Shown: positions 25,218 through 38,805 of the stretch, in pieces
Numbering within the stretch: the first letter of the stretch is position 1
Layout of the letters: the number at the start of each line of letters is the position of its first letter
Origin: Felis catus
Lineage: Eukaryota
Length of the DNA stretch: 64,000 nt
Assembly: GCF_018350175.1 (NCBI RefSeq)
Contig: NC_058376.1
Coordinates: 96,720,001 to 96,784,000, forward strand
Reading direction: 5' to 3'
Notes under the pieces: generated by a model
Database searches by the model: none
Told to the model about the DNA's origin: nothing
The model's input: only the letters and a program-made list of their open reading frames with translations
Translations under genes and position numbers: made by a program

Positions 25218-27113
25218 GTGACAAAATCTTTTCGGACTCTTAGGCACATCACAAATCATCAGCTCTCATTAACATAGATACCCTGAACACTGTTAAGCAT
25301 TTTGCCCCAGGACTGTGGCCGCGGAGGTAGTTTTCTTGAGTTCAGTTACATGGTTCCCTTCCTTCCCCCACTTTACCCTATAGCGGCCACATGCAAAGGT
25401 AGCACGTGATACCTGTGGATATCTATGCTAAGAAGGCTGTTACCTACCACCCCACAACACATTTCCTAATTTAAGGAAAAACTCATTTGTTAACATTTCC
25501 TTCTTTCTTCATCCTTTCATCTGTGAGAGTTATTATGACCATTCAGATCCTGGTGGTGTAAAAAGTCATCCCAAGGTGTTTCTCTTGCAGGAAAAGAATC
25601 AAGACATCTGTGGATGACGCACTAAGGTAGTCACTGGCAACCTCCCTTCCATTTCTGGGTTGGCTCATTGTTTACCTAATTGCCAGTAATAATATTTCAT
25701 TGTGTAAAGAATGTTGGCACCAGGGGCCCAGGTTCCAGTTTATTGATGGCTCAGAGTTTATGAATTGATGCCCTCAGCAGGTTGCTGCCCTGATGAATGG
25801 CAATTACTGCGGCTCCCACAGAGGCAATTGTAGTCAGAGCATTTACTCCTTTCAAATAATTGCCCCTGAGAAGTTGAACAGGTAATTGTAACATCTGAAA
25901 ACCATGCTTTTGGCTCCGAATCAAAGAGTATTAATCTCCGTAACAGAGGTGTTTTGGAATGACCCAAAAGAGTTGTTAAAGAATGGTCTCCAGAGTGTTT
26001 AATTTTAAGATGAATTGGAGAAACCTTAGCAAGACCCCCCTCCCTAACGAAAATTAAAACGTTGTAAAGACACCCAGATTGTTGTTAGAGGTGCCCACCT
26101 TTTTGAAGTTGCGATTCTCTGTAGTGATTGGTTTGCTTTAGACTTTATGCCTACCATTACTCCTCCTTAAAATTCTTTAAAGCACCTTGCTCCAGCCAGG
26201 CTAATCTGCCCATTAACCTCTGAAATGTCGTGTTCATTCTCACTCCAGAAAATTTGTTCGTACCATTCTTTAATGCCATTCATTAAGTATATGCAACGAA
26301 AAAAGGACGAATTATTTGAAACACCATTTCATTTTCTACTATGACATAGGTGGATTTAATGAATTACCGAAGTCCCTTCAATAAAGAGAGCGCTAAAATC
26401 TTGAAATCATGCATATGTCTTCTATAGAATCCAAAGATACCTTCTACTCCAGTTATTTTGTTAGAACTTCTAATCTATTTATTTTGGTACCATGAAAGAA
26501 ACGGGATGGAGTCACATAATATAGTTTATTTGTATAAACTTCAATTTGGAGGGAACTATTGCACACAATGGGAAAGAAATATAAAGATACTAATCCACAA
26601 TGGTTTTGGGGTTTGGGGGAGAAAAGAGCATCAAAGAAAATGTAAGTATAGAGTCACACCTATAATTTTGAAACCTTTCTGAATAAAGGTCAGAAATCTT
26701 TGAGAGATGACACTGGAGGACAGGAAGGAAATAAGAGAAAAAAAGATCCAAAATATACAAAAGTGTAGAAAAATCATAAACTAGTTTTAAATTCTGGAAA
26801 CCGTGGTGTTTAAACATTTATTCTTCTCAAATTGTTGGCAGTAAATCCAGTGTGCTGAAAACAGCCAGGTATGTCTCCTTCAAGGCAATCTGCCCGTCAT
26901 TATTCAAAGTGCCAGGGATTTAAAAAGTGTCTTAGCATCCTCACATTTCAGACTAGTAAGTAACGCCAGAAGGAATGATTAGAAGACTTCAGGCTAAAGT
27001 ATGAGTTGGTTCAGAAACATGCAACCATTAGAATAAAAGCTATAAAAAATGATCATGGAAGTAAATATGGGATAACATGAACATGGGTAAACTGAAATAT
27101 GAAGTAATTCTAC

Positions 27114-27134
27114 AAACACACACACACACACACA
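27114..27134. repeat. (CA)n microsatellite
   Basis: Directly visible. Confidence 0.9.
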
Positions 27135-27385
27135 TGCACAACTAGAATAATCTAAAGGATACCAAAATAAAGATATACTTACTCATGCAACCATAGACAT
27201 AAATTTCCTTAATCTTGATTTACCTTAAGACTTCAATACTCAAGAGTTTCCATCTTATATAATCACGACCTTGTTCTGCTAATTGGATTATTGGAACTGA
27301 GAGTTTTATAGGCACATAGAACAGACATGAATTTTAGAGACCATGTATTCCAGACGGCTGCCTTGAGGCAGATAAATATCTGAAC

Positions 27386-27612
27386 CAAGGATGACAGATA
27401 GGTTTTAACTTAGAAACTAATTCCAATCCATTTGTGGTTGGCTGACTAGAGCAATGCATTTAGGTGAATTCTGAGGCTGAGTTTAGCTCCAATAAGAGGA
27501 ATATGGAGTCTGATTGATAATGGAGGGTCTAAAGTGCTCAGGTCCAGGAATCAGAGTCCAGAACACATGTTGGGATGGAGGCTGGGCTTACTGCCATACA
27601 TTTGTTCTTCAC
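27386..27612. mobile_element. MER112-like hAT-Charlie element
   Basis: caaggatgacagataggtttt...ttggctgactagagc...attctgaggc...tgattgataatg resembles the recalled MER112 consensus. Confidence 0.55.
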
Positions 27613-28399
27613 AGTCTAAAAACTATTTAGGTACAAAGAAGGTAGCATAGAGTATAGACAGTCAATAAATATTCTAGGGTGTAATTACATAGCACAGAAA
27701 TATTTAACCTGCATTTTTTTCTTTTTTTTTACCAAAATTATCCTGGATATATGAGGGGATTTTTTAATTTGCTTCTAGATGTTCTAGATACCAAGGAAAT
27801 CTAAAAGGTTTCATGCCATAAGTTCCTTGCCCTTTATTCCTTAAGGTTTGGGAGTTCAAAAGAAAGGGGGAGTGCAGAGAGTGAGATATGCTCTTTAAGT
27901 GCATGGTGTCTCATGTCAGTGGCTGTTCTTTACCTCGTGCTCTTGTCATTCAGGTGACTATAATCACCTAAGGCCTCTGCTTGGTTCATAAGTTTTTTCA
28001 CAGCTAACTCTACCTAATGCTTGGTTAAGCCATGCGACCACAAATGGTAATTATAGTCATTTATCCTAACTGCAAACTATTTATAACTAATGATCACACA
28101 TCATAATAAGAGTTCTTCACACGAAAGATGTGTCTAGTTCATTTTGTGGTATGTTTTGTAGTATCACAACAATGAACTCTGTTGTTTCCAGCCCCTCTTT
28201 CATAGAGGCTCATCTCTTTGGCGTGGTCTTCTGACCCAATTTAAAGCAACCAGAGGACACTGAAGTGCTCCATTGAGTCTACTGACCCTGAACTATTCTC
28301 ATTCTCTTCCAATGGCCTGTTCACTCCTTCTCTGTGTCCTTTCTTTTCCTTTCGCCTCCACCCTAATGCTTCTGTTCATAAATTTAGCAAACATTCAGT

Positions 28400-28630
28400 G
28401 GTAATTACCATTAACTAGTTAAAGTGCCAGAGACTGCAGTCGGCATGTTTTTATACTTTCTTTTGGTTCTTCACAGCAGTCCAAAGAATTCAACATTACT
28501 ATCCCTACTGCATGGTTGTGGAGATTGAGAAACGGAGATGTCAATTTATTCAACATCACACAGCGAGGGAACACCCACATTGGGATTGGCGTTTAGCAAT
28601 CCTCTTCCCAGTAATCCTCTTTCACTTACA
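28400..28630 (-). mobile_element. MIR SINE
   Basis: ttcttcacagcagtcc...attactatccctactgca...gagattgagaaacggagatg. Confidence 0.55.
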
Positions 28631-28660
28631 AATCACTGCTTAATATTGTGACATTTACAT

Positions 28661-28862
28661 GGGGCACCTGGGTGGCTCAGTAGGTTGGGCGTCCCACTCT
28701 TGATTTTGGCTCAGGTCACGATCTCACAGTTCGTGGGATGGAGTCGTCATCAAGGCTCTGTGCTGAAAGCACGGAGTCTGCATGGGCTTCTCTCTCCCTC
28801 TCTCTCTGCCCCTCCCCTGCTTGTATTCTCTCTCTCTCTCAAAATAAATAAACTTAAAAAAA
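28661..28862 (+). mobile_element. Can-SINE
   Basis: ggggcacctgggtggctcag start, (CT)n and aaaataaataaacttaaaaa tail. Confidence 0.95.
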
Positions 28863-29884
28863 TAGCATAGCATCTACAAGCACACAAGACATTATCCAAA
28901 CTTTTATGGAACTTAAAAATTAGAAAAATACCTAGTCCGTTATCTATTTGTTTCATGTCCTGTATCTACCCAATCATATATATTCATCCTGTTCCTGGTT
29001 ACCAGTGCTAATACCGGGTCCTGCCTTTGTTACCTCATGATTAATATAAAAGCCTTTTCACTAACACTCTAAACTATGTTGTATTCTTTCTTATATGTAA
29101 TTTGCTTGCAGATTTTCTTTTGCTCAAAAACCGGGGCTACTATTTCACCTGGTTTATCAGGAATTACTTAAGTAGGTTTAACGGCAACTGTGTAATTTAC
29201 AGTTTATTGCATGTATTATGGATTTTTTTTTTATATCACATCCATTCATTTGGTAAGTAATCCTTGAGTGGGTAACCCTTATTAGGCTCTGTCAAAGATA
29301 TAAAGTAGAATCTTTTTTGGAGAAAAAAAGAGAAGAGAGAACCTTTGGAACTCTTGGAGAGCTCTTGGAGAAAAGAGAGAAACTTAGTCCCAGACACCAA
29401 GAGCTACAAAGCAGAATATGACATAGTCTTCCAATAAGAAAGGTGAAGATTCATGAAAGAAAACAACTGGATCAATCAGAAATCATGAAGGAATAGGCAG
29501 TGTCTAAAGTAGACCTTGAGGGAATACATTGCTGGCTTTGGAAATGATAGAAGAGGCTGAGAACACGTTGTAAAGACATGGCCATTGGAGCTACCTGGGG
29601 TGTTGGGGATGCCATGTAGGCCACGTGCCTGGAGTTGCTGGGGCACAGATTGCCTTCTGCTCTGACCACTGAGTCGTGCTGGGTGGAGGCCAATGTTGCT
29701 GTTCGGCTTTGTAACACTCTTCATCTACCAAACTCTGCTTGTTTAGTTTCTGGGGCTCCCTCCAAAATTTTTTTTTCTCTCTCTCTCTTTTTTTTTTCTT
29801 TTCTTTTAAACCCTCCCTAAGGCCTTTTCCATACTCTGAAGAGTTTAATTCTATTTGGTCTCATCAAGTTTGTATCATTTCTGT

Positions 29885-30040
29885 GTGCCCATTGTCTTCC
29901 CAATTGGATTACAGTCTCTTCAAGGCCAGGAATGGATTTTTCTAATTGCACATAAAACAGAGCCTAAGGCTGAGCCTACAGCAGGCAGTCAGTAAACATT
30001 GGATCATTTATTGGGTCTTTGGTTATGAATAAATGAAACT
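29885..30040 (+). mobile_element. L2 3' end
   Basis: tgtcttcccaattggattacagtctcttcaaggccagga...cagcaggcagtcagtaaacatt. Confidence 0.6.
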
Positions 30041-30194
30041 GTTCACAGACAATGTGGTTAAAAAATGTTAAATGAATGTTTCAGATTTACCCCAAATTGT
30101 TAGCTGTAGAAAAAACTAACATCAATTTAAGAAAGGAGATGATCTTTCTTAAAAAATTCTTGGTACACCCTATCTCTGTTAAAGATATTTCTCC

Positions 30195-30408
30195 GGGGGC
30201 GCCTGGGTGGCGCAGTCAGTTAAGCGTCCGACTTCAGCCAGGTCACGATCTCGCGGTCCGTGAGTTCGAGCCCCGCGTCAGGCTCCGGACTGGTGGCTCA
30301 GAGCCTGGAGCCTGTTTCCGATTCTGTGTCTCCCTCTCTTTCTGCCCCTCCCCCGTTCATGCTCTGTCTCTCTCTGTCCCAAAAATAAATAAACGTTGAA
30401 AAAAAAAA
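30195..30408 (+). mobile_element. Young Can-SINE (SINEC_Fc)
   Basis: CpG-rich body; perfect TSD aaagatatttctcc at 30181-30194 and 30409-30422. Confidence 0.97.
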
Positions 30409-32299
30409 AAAGATATTTCTCCAATCAAAGGCACTCATGTTGGATGCATATTGTGGTATGTATCTGGCTTTGAAGATGTAGCTTAAAAAAATAGGGGAAA
30501 AACTTAATCATTTCATCTTTAAAGCAACATTTTCGATTTTATGTTGAAATGATTCATACCTCATTACCCACTTAGACTGAGTAATATGCTTTCTAACCAG
30601 AATTATTTCCACAAATATAAAGAAGTCTATTTTATCTTTCCCCATTGAAATTCAACTTCATTTATTAATGCAGAATTATCACCAGATTAAAATTTAGAAT
30701 CTAAAACTGCTGGTAATTTACACAAATTATTTTATTGCAATCTGCCTATGGGATCACCTTGGCAGAATTAAACTCAACCAGTTAAAAGAATAACTTATGT
30801 AAGAACTGTCAGAAAAGATGAGAACCCAAATTATACACATGCAACATGAACATATAGTGTCCGAGCTGATTCAGCCACTGGAGAGTTTCATGAGTCCTGT
30901 TATCTGAGAAAATCAAATGAGGAACATTGCATTGTTTCTCTGATTTATACTTAGTCTGATATTGATTGTTGCTGCCTCTTGACTAAGAATGTGGAACTCG
31001 CCCGGAGAATAATTACCTCTGGTCCCCATCCTAGCAATCTGCTAAATCTTTTTTCATGTGAGAGAAAGTTTTACAAACTACATATTTAGTTTTCAGTTTT
31101 TCGTACAGTTATTTATAGTTTCATGGGCATTTTCTGTCTTCCCAATTCAACTGTGACTTCTCTTATGGCAAAATCTGGCATTTTTCTTTGTATTTCCATT
31201 CTCTCTGTCACAGTGTTTTGAACATGGTTTATTAGTTTTTGTAGAAAATAGTACAAGATAAAATATAGCAACCTAACTTATCTTTTAAAATGTATTTCTA
31301 ATAAAAAGGACAATTGCTGTTTGTTTGTTTGTTTTTAGCTACCAACTAAGTCAAATATCTCAAAGCACTGTCTATGTAGAAATGTGACCCAGGAGAAGAT
31401 AAAACTATAGTACAATGGCACAAATTCTGGATCATACTAAAAGTGCCTGCTACAGAACACACACTGTTCAGTTGTTGAAAATATACTTCCAGCTGTTTGG
31501 ATGTATGCTGTTGGATGTATGCCTGGATAAAAAATGCTCAGTGAGTTGGGGAATACTTGTTGCAGTGGAAGAACACTGCCTTTGGTTAAATAAGTCGGGT
31601 TTTATTGCTTGAGAACTATACATATATACTCTAAATTTTTTGGTAGAGTGCTGTTTCCATGGCGTAGCCACATGGATTGGATTAGAAGTGTGATACCCCC
31701 TCAGAATTCTGCCCAAAACACAGTTAACCTTGAGCTAAAGCAATTTTGCTGAACCATTGATTGAGGCTCCTGGCACTGTTCTTGTATACCTTCCCCTTGA
31801 CCTTGCAATTTTGAGGAAATTGACTTTGCCCTCAAACTCTATTCTGGAACATTCATATTAATAAGACTATGTGTTTTTCTCACACTGTCTGGTTGCCACA
31901 TTTAGTAGAAATTAATTAAATATACAAAAAATTACAGGTAGTCAAAAGTGCCTTAAAATGTACTTCAAGATGATACTAAATATATATACAAACAATTTAA
32001 CTTTTACATCACAAACCTAGTGCCAAATAGAGCACGTCTTTTTGAGAAATACTTCTTAGACATTTTAATAAAAGAGTATATTTTACATACAGAATTATGA
32101 ACTTAACTTTATGTCATGATGAGGACAACTCATTAAGGAAATGATACAAGAATTAGATATTAAAGAATAAGCAGGATTTTTTCCAGGTTGGGGGACAGTT
32201 CAGGCACAGGGATGTGCATGAGCAAAATGAGCCAACGTTTGGAGTGAAAACTTAAAAGTTAAAAGGATTCTATTATTTACATCGTATAATTACAGCCTA

Positions 32300-33010
32300 A
32301 GAGTTGATGGAAAACAATGGTGAGTAAAAAGTGGTCCCCACCATTATACTCTAGTAGAAAAAGCAATTTAAATAACTCAGTTATAAAACATTAAAATGGT
32401 ATGAGCGAGCCCTTGTCATCTAACAAGGGTGAAAATATTGTGGGACTGTAAAGAAAGGAGAAAATAGGGTAATGATACAGGAAGGGTTATCAGATAAGAT
32501 GGAATTTGAACTAGCCCTTGAAAAATCAGTAAGAATGTGAAAGGTCAATCCCGGGAAAATTCCAGGCCATTTCTGGGAAAGGAGAGTGCAAGAGTGAACT
32601 GAAGCACACAGAGCATGTTCATAGACCAGTGCAGATGCCATTGTGACAAGAAAGTGGGGCCTTTTGGTGGCAAGGTGGGGATAGCGGGGGCAATGTTAGC
32701 AAAACCTGAATGGTATTTTGAAGTTGAGTGGCAGAATTGTTTGAAGTTTTGGCAGAAGACCTTTGCCACTGGAATGAGGAGAGTGTGTCATGATTTGATT
32801 TTTGTCTTGAGTTCAACAAAGCCAAACTTACAGTTGGGAAAGTCATCCAGGAAGAATGATTATCTCTGTAGGAAGGATACAGAGAAATCATTGTGTTTAA
32901 TGTGAGGAGATATGGGTGAAGGTAGAGCTTGGGAAAGTCTTTCATACATGGAGAGGGAAGAAGTAGAGAAACAGGAGAAGATTAAGAAAATGATTGCAAA
33001 GAGATAGGAA
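32300..33010 (-). mobile_element. L2 LINE fragment
   Basis: caggaagggttatcagataagatggaatttgaactagcccttgaaaaatcagtaaga and gtgtcatgatttgattt. Confidence 0.55.
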
Positions 33011-33387
33011 GGAGTATCTTGTACACCAAATTTTCATTCTTTGAAAACCCATTCAGGGAATTTGGGGCTCTTTGGGCTGCTGGACTTCAGCAAAGACCTG
33101 GCATATATGCTAAGCACTCTGAAATGTTGGGATGATGTAGAATCCTCTACTCTCCTCTTTTTTATTCTCGCCTCACCATGTCATCATCCAACCCAAAGTT
33201 CATGCAGTCTATGAATTTATGATGTCACCCTCTACAAACTCCCCATACATAATTTTGTAACAAACCATAAGGGATAATTCTGTGTAACAGCTGTTCAAGG
33301 ATGTCTGAATAGCCTGTCCTTGTCAATATGAAGGGCAGGACATGACTAGAATGACATTCTTAATAGTCCTAAAAGAGATTTCTTTCA

Positions 33388-33603
33388 TTAAAAAAATTGT
33401 TTTAAAGTTTATTTTGAGAGAGAAAGAGAGAGTGTGAGTGGGGGAGGGGCAGAGAAAGAGAGGGAGAGAAAGAATCCCAAGCAGGCTCCATGCTATATCA
33501 GTGCAGAGCCTGATGTGGGACTCAATCTCACAAATGGTGAGGTCATGACCTGAGCCGAAATTGAGAGTTGGATGCTTAACTGACTCAGCCAGCAAGGTGC
33601 CCC
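33388..33603 (-). mobile_element. Can-SINE
   Basis: Typical body; flanking repeat agatttcttt. Confidence 0.93.
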
Positions 33604-33709
33604 AAGATTTCTTTTATATACACAAAAAGTATTGATCTAAAATCTATTTTTTAGGGTACTTTAATCCCAAACTAGTATTTTAAAACCCCATTATGTGAAG
33701 TCTTTTCTA

Positions 33710-35510
33710 GATATTTGCCCTTTTATTGACATATTCTTTTATTCTTATTATTAATTATTATACAATTTGCATTTTCATTTTTAACACTAATAATTAATGC
33801 CATCTCTCTCTGGCTGATCAGTGTTGCTTTATTGTTATTAACTCTATTAATATTTTTAAAAATAATTTTTGCCTTTGCTGATTTCTCCATTGCATGTTTA
33901 TTTTCTGTTTCATTAATTCCTGCTATAATATTATGATTTCTTCTACTTTCTTTGGCTTTTGCCAAAAGATTTTTAAAAGTCTTTTTGAGATGACATGTAG
34001 ACATTAATTTTTCAACCTTTCTTCTTGCCTAACATATGTATTTGAGGGTATATATTTCCTTCGAACTATAGCTTTAGCTGCTGAATTTCACAAGTTTTGA
34101 TAGTTACAATGTTATTACACTTTGAAAATATCATTCCTTTGACCTCATTATTGGCCATCAATGTTATCGCTGCTAATTTGTAGGGAGTATGTCTCTTTCC
34201 ATTGGATTCTTTTAAGGTATTCTCTTTGTTTTGTTTTGAGGTTTCACTGTGATGGGCCTAAGTGTTGTTTTCTCCATATTTATTCTGTTTGGAATTCACA
34301 GTACTTTTGACTCTACTTAGTGACATTTTTGTTAGGATTTAGAAAATTTTCTCTTTTCTTTCTTTCTAGGACTACAAATACAGCTATGGTAATTCCCCCC
34401 GACCCCCTTCTCCCCTGTTTTCCACCATGTCTTAAATGTCTTTTATGCCATTTTCTGTTTCTGTTTTTTAATGCTTTTTTCTCTTCATGCCTTACTCTGG
34501 ATATAATTTTCTTTTTCTGATATGTCTTCCAGTTCACTAGTCCCCATCTCAGTTGTGTCTCATTAGATACCAACTTCATTTAAAGTGTTTCTAATTGTAA
34601 TTATTGTATTTTTCATTTCTGGAATTTATAATTAATTATTTTTGGCTTTAAATTCTATGCCAAAATCTTCTTATTGTTTAATTTTTTGGCTATATTAATT
34701 ACAGTTATTTTAGTTTGTGTTTGATAACTACTATATCTGAACTTTTTTGAAGTTTGTTCCTCTTGTCTTTTTTTCCCCCCTTATTTTTGGGTCATACGAT
34801 TTTGTTGACAGTTAAAGTAGGAACAGGTTATTTTAATCCTATTAAATGAGTAGTCATGCTATGGCCAATCTAATTCTAATTTACCCTTATACCTAAAGTG
34901 TGGCCCTCTGGGGTGACCTAACAGCCAGAGGTCTTTCCTAAGACTCCTTGTTGGTAATTCCTAACCTCTAATTTTTGCTACCCATCTTTCCAGAATATCT
35001 ATTCAGCCTCTCCATCTCTTAGCTTCTTCTTGTGATCAGTATATGAGAGAAAATCATGCATGACATTGGACTCATCTTTTTACCTCTCTGCAGTTCTTTT
35101 TCTGGAAATAATTTTGAATTTTGTTATTCTTACTACCTTAATAGTTACCCAATTCTTAAACACAAAAGTATCTAGTATCTAGGAGCACTTGGGTTGCTCA
35201 GTCAGTTGAGTGTCCAACTCTCGATTTGGGCTCAGGTCATCATCTTGCAGTTTGTGGGATTGAGCCCTGCATCGGGTCTGTGCTGACAGTGTAAAGTCTG
35301 CTTGGGGTTGTCTTTCTCCCTCTCTCTGCTTCTCCCATGTTCTCTCTTTCTCTCTCTCTCTCTCAAAAAAAGAAAAAAAAATATATATAGCCTATCATCT
35401 ACCAACCTAAGTAGAGAAAGAGAGATAGAAAGATATATTTGTGTGTTGCCCAGGTTTTCTTACTATTTTGTGTGAGGGTTCATCTACAATAGCTCACCAT
35501 TACCAGATTA
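33710..35510 (-). mobile_element. Ancient L1M fragments (ORF2/ORF1/5' region)
   Basis: tattttctgtttcattaattcctgct, gtttcactgtgatgggcctaagtgt and tatgtcttccagttcactagt; T-rich. Confidence 0.6.
35181..35381 (+). mobile_element. Can-SINE (older)
   Basis: ggagcacttgggttgctcagtcagttgag start, (CT)n and A tail. Confidence 0.92.
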
Positions 35511-36949
35511 TTAAAATGCCTGATATAAACTCTTAAATATTCAGTTTGTTAAATTTAAAAAGTTTTGTAAAAATAATTTGCAAGAGGTTCTGACATCCAG
35601 TGCTGAATTTGAAATTTTGTCATAGAATTGTTTGCTAAAAAAAAGAAGTCAAAAAAGAAAGTGAGGGAGAAGAGAAGACAAAGAATTTTGCCAGAGAAAA
35701 AGTGGGGGCAGAGAAAGGAAGAAGAAGAAAAAGAGGAGATACTATGGCAGAGTTTAGGCAATAGATCATTACAGGTCTCCAGATAGGTTTCGTTTTGAGG
35801 CTGCATCTCTTTTTGTTTGTTTTTTGTTTTGTTTTGCTTACATTATTTTTTGTCCCTGTCACTTGTTGTCACTTCAATCAACCCATCTGGTAAGTTCTTG
35901 GTCAACCTAGTCACTGGATGCAACCCACTGTCCTTCATACAGACTCTTTGTTGGACTATAGATCTAGAGCATATATTACCAGCACTTTTTGTACACACTC
36001 CAGCTGGAATTGGAAGTAAATGCTCTCATTTTTTTCCTTCTCCACCTTTGACCCTCCTTCAGGACTTTCTTGGTGTTCCTGGCCATCTGCCTGACGTCCA
36101 GAGTTGCCTGCATTCTGACAAGACAGAATGGCTCACCTAGCTTCAGAACAACATCAGAGGTGCCAACACAAAGTAGACCAGATACACTGTCCAAAATACC
36201 CCTCCATGGTTATTCCAAACCAGGACTAAGCCAGGAGGTGTTCCAAAAATATATCACTATATTTTGGCCTGAGTGTCACTTCCCCACTTGGCAAGCTAGG
36301 GCTAGAGAAATTGGAACAGAGATTTCCTGTTAGCCTGTCTTGTATTCTCTCCTCTCAGATATACATCTTTGACTTGTCCCATCTCCAATGACACAGTTGC
36401 CCCAGCTTTTATAATTATTTGTACATATCAGAAAGGAGCAGAAGCTGTACATTTTGTCTCCAACCTTCTCCAAAATAATTTCAGCCAAACTGTTCTCTTC
36501 ACACTAAAATGTTTTTAAGTGAATAAATGACCAACTGAATGAATATTTGTTATACATTTCTTCTTTTATTTTGTGGTTCACAGAGTTTCCTAACTGTATG
36601 TTGTTGTTGTTTGTTGTTGTTTGTTCATTTGTTTGTTTTGGCCTGGTGCAATTGTACCCTTCCTTTGGGGGTTATCTCAGATTTCAAATCTCAAAGCCTC
36701 TGCTCACTATCCCGGTCTTTCAATGTTCTTTGAAAATCAACTATTAAAGCGGTTACTTTTTTATTATTCATTGTGGTTAATCAAAAAACCTCCCTTAATT
36801 AGTGCCAAATCATTTTATGTAAAAATACCTCACCTCCAGAAATAGATGGGAATCTCCTTTGGAGTAGGAAAAACATCCTCCCCTTATTATACCTATGTTG
36901 GCCTCATGTCTCTAATTTACAAAGGATTATCATCTATTTAATACCGTCT

Positions 36950-37135
36950 TTCTTATCCTCAAAGACCAGAGTAGGGCAAAATAGCAGCCTTCTTTCAATC
37001 TTTAAAATGATGAAATTGAACTACGGAGAGAATAAGTGATTTCTTCAAGGTCATATCCTTGATAAATGAAGAAGCCAGGATGGAAGTAAATATTCTTACT
37101 CCAAAGCCAGTGACCTTTGTACTGTCGCATACACT
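36950..37135 (-). mobile_element. MIR fragment
   Basis: ttaaaatgatgaaattgaactacggagagaataagtgatttcttcaaggtcata. Confidence 0.65.
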
Positions 37136-37766
37136 TTCCCACTTTTTAAAAGCCCCTTCAGCCTCCAACAAAGTCTTTCATGTGTTATAAGGGCTTAACA
37201 AAGAATGAATGGATAAATGAATAGATGTTTTTTTTTTCCAACTCATCATTCATATACTTATTTAGAAATATACCCAGTTGATATTTGCTTCAGAGTAAAA
37301 GAAGAATTCCTCTGAGAGGATGGAATCCATATATAAAGACATGGCCATTAATTGTTGAATGCATACATAAAGATATGAACATTAATCATTGTAAGAAATA
37401 ACCGGCAACAACTAAAAGTCTCAGGGCAAAAGATGGATTTCCATGCCGTTATATCAATATTTCTAAGTTTTCAATCAGACTGTTCACAGACTTGGGTAAA
37501 TGGGCTCATTTGCAAACAGACCACATTCTGATCTTGTACCTTACTCTCATCTTATTTGGATACACTAACAGGCCCTGCCTTGTGCATGGGCGCACTTGTA
37601 GACATCCGGAACACATTCAGAAAAAGTAGTCAAACTGATACAGCATGATCATCTTCCCTGACCCAGCTTTCTTAGAGATGCTTTGAGGAAATTTGAGTAA
37701 GTTCATACTGCACGAAAAGAAAAAAAAACACACAAAAAACCTTGTTTTTGCAAGCTGAGACCACAT

Positions 37767-37799
37767 CTTCCAGGAACTGGCTTCTCCAGTTCCTGGAAG
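37767..37799. promoter_or_regulatory. 14-bp perfect inverted repeat forming two GAS (STAT) motifs 13 bp apart
   Basis: cttccaggaactgg-cttct-ccagttcctggaag; TTCCAGGAA 37768-37776 and TTCCTGGAA 37790-37798. The repeat is certain; regulatory function is inferred. Confidence 0.4.
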
Positions 37800-38805
37800 G
37801 TTTTGAAAAATGTTAGACTATCTGTACGTTGCCTTTCTGACATGTTGGTAGCGATTGCAAAGCATTATCACCACCACTAATTTACTTTTCTGACAAAGAA
37901 AGAGTGTACTTAAAAAAGTGGAAAGAGAGAAAAAAATCCTAATGATAGGTTCTTGAACGTTATCAGCATTACTGTAAATTAGCTTTTGTGCTAAAACAGC
38001 CCGTTTGGTGCCAGGAACAATTCTAAAGCTTTACAATACAAAACGGTGAGGTTTTAACACAATGTCGTCTAGACAGAACTTGTGTGACGATACAATCAAA
38101 TCATTATTGCAAAGTTGAGACAAAATAAAAGATGCAAAATTACTTTTAATTATTTCTTGGTGCCAAACCCTGCCCCGCTACACTAAGCTATTTTTCACTG
38201 TTATTTCTTCCGTCCCAGAGGATTTTTCAAGTAACTACCCTGGCCACGGCAGCGATTTAAAATAGTAGGGTTGAGGCTGCAGTTTTCCTTGTGCCCAGAT
38301 TCAGATTGGCCATCAACGCTTCAGCTTGGCTCTGCCACTGCCACTTCTTCACTATACCTGTGTTGGGGAATTTAGACCCACAACCGTGCCAAGACCGGGG
38401 CCAATTGTTTCATAAGTTGGCAGGCTGGAGCTCTGCTGCAAGTCAGGACAGTGTCCTAGCAACCAAGTGACTCACCTCTTAAATTATCTCATTATTCTCT
38501 TACCCTAAATTGGGAGAAAGCTCATAATTTCCTTCCAATACATTTTCCTGCCACAATGTAGTTTCTCTTTTAATTATACTCAGGAAAAGAGGCTTTCATT
38601 GTGGTGGTGGCTTTCTTTTCCTTACCAGTTAGGGCCTTTTAAAATAGAATACATTCTTCAATGAATATATGTGTATATATACATACACACACGCACACAC
38701 ACACACATACACATATGAATTAAAACTTCATCTGTTGCTTCCTTTAATCTCTATTTTTTAAAAAATATACATTTTTTTGTTAGTTTAGGACCAGGTCCAA
38801 CTTCC

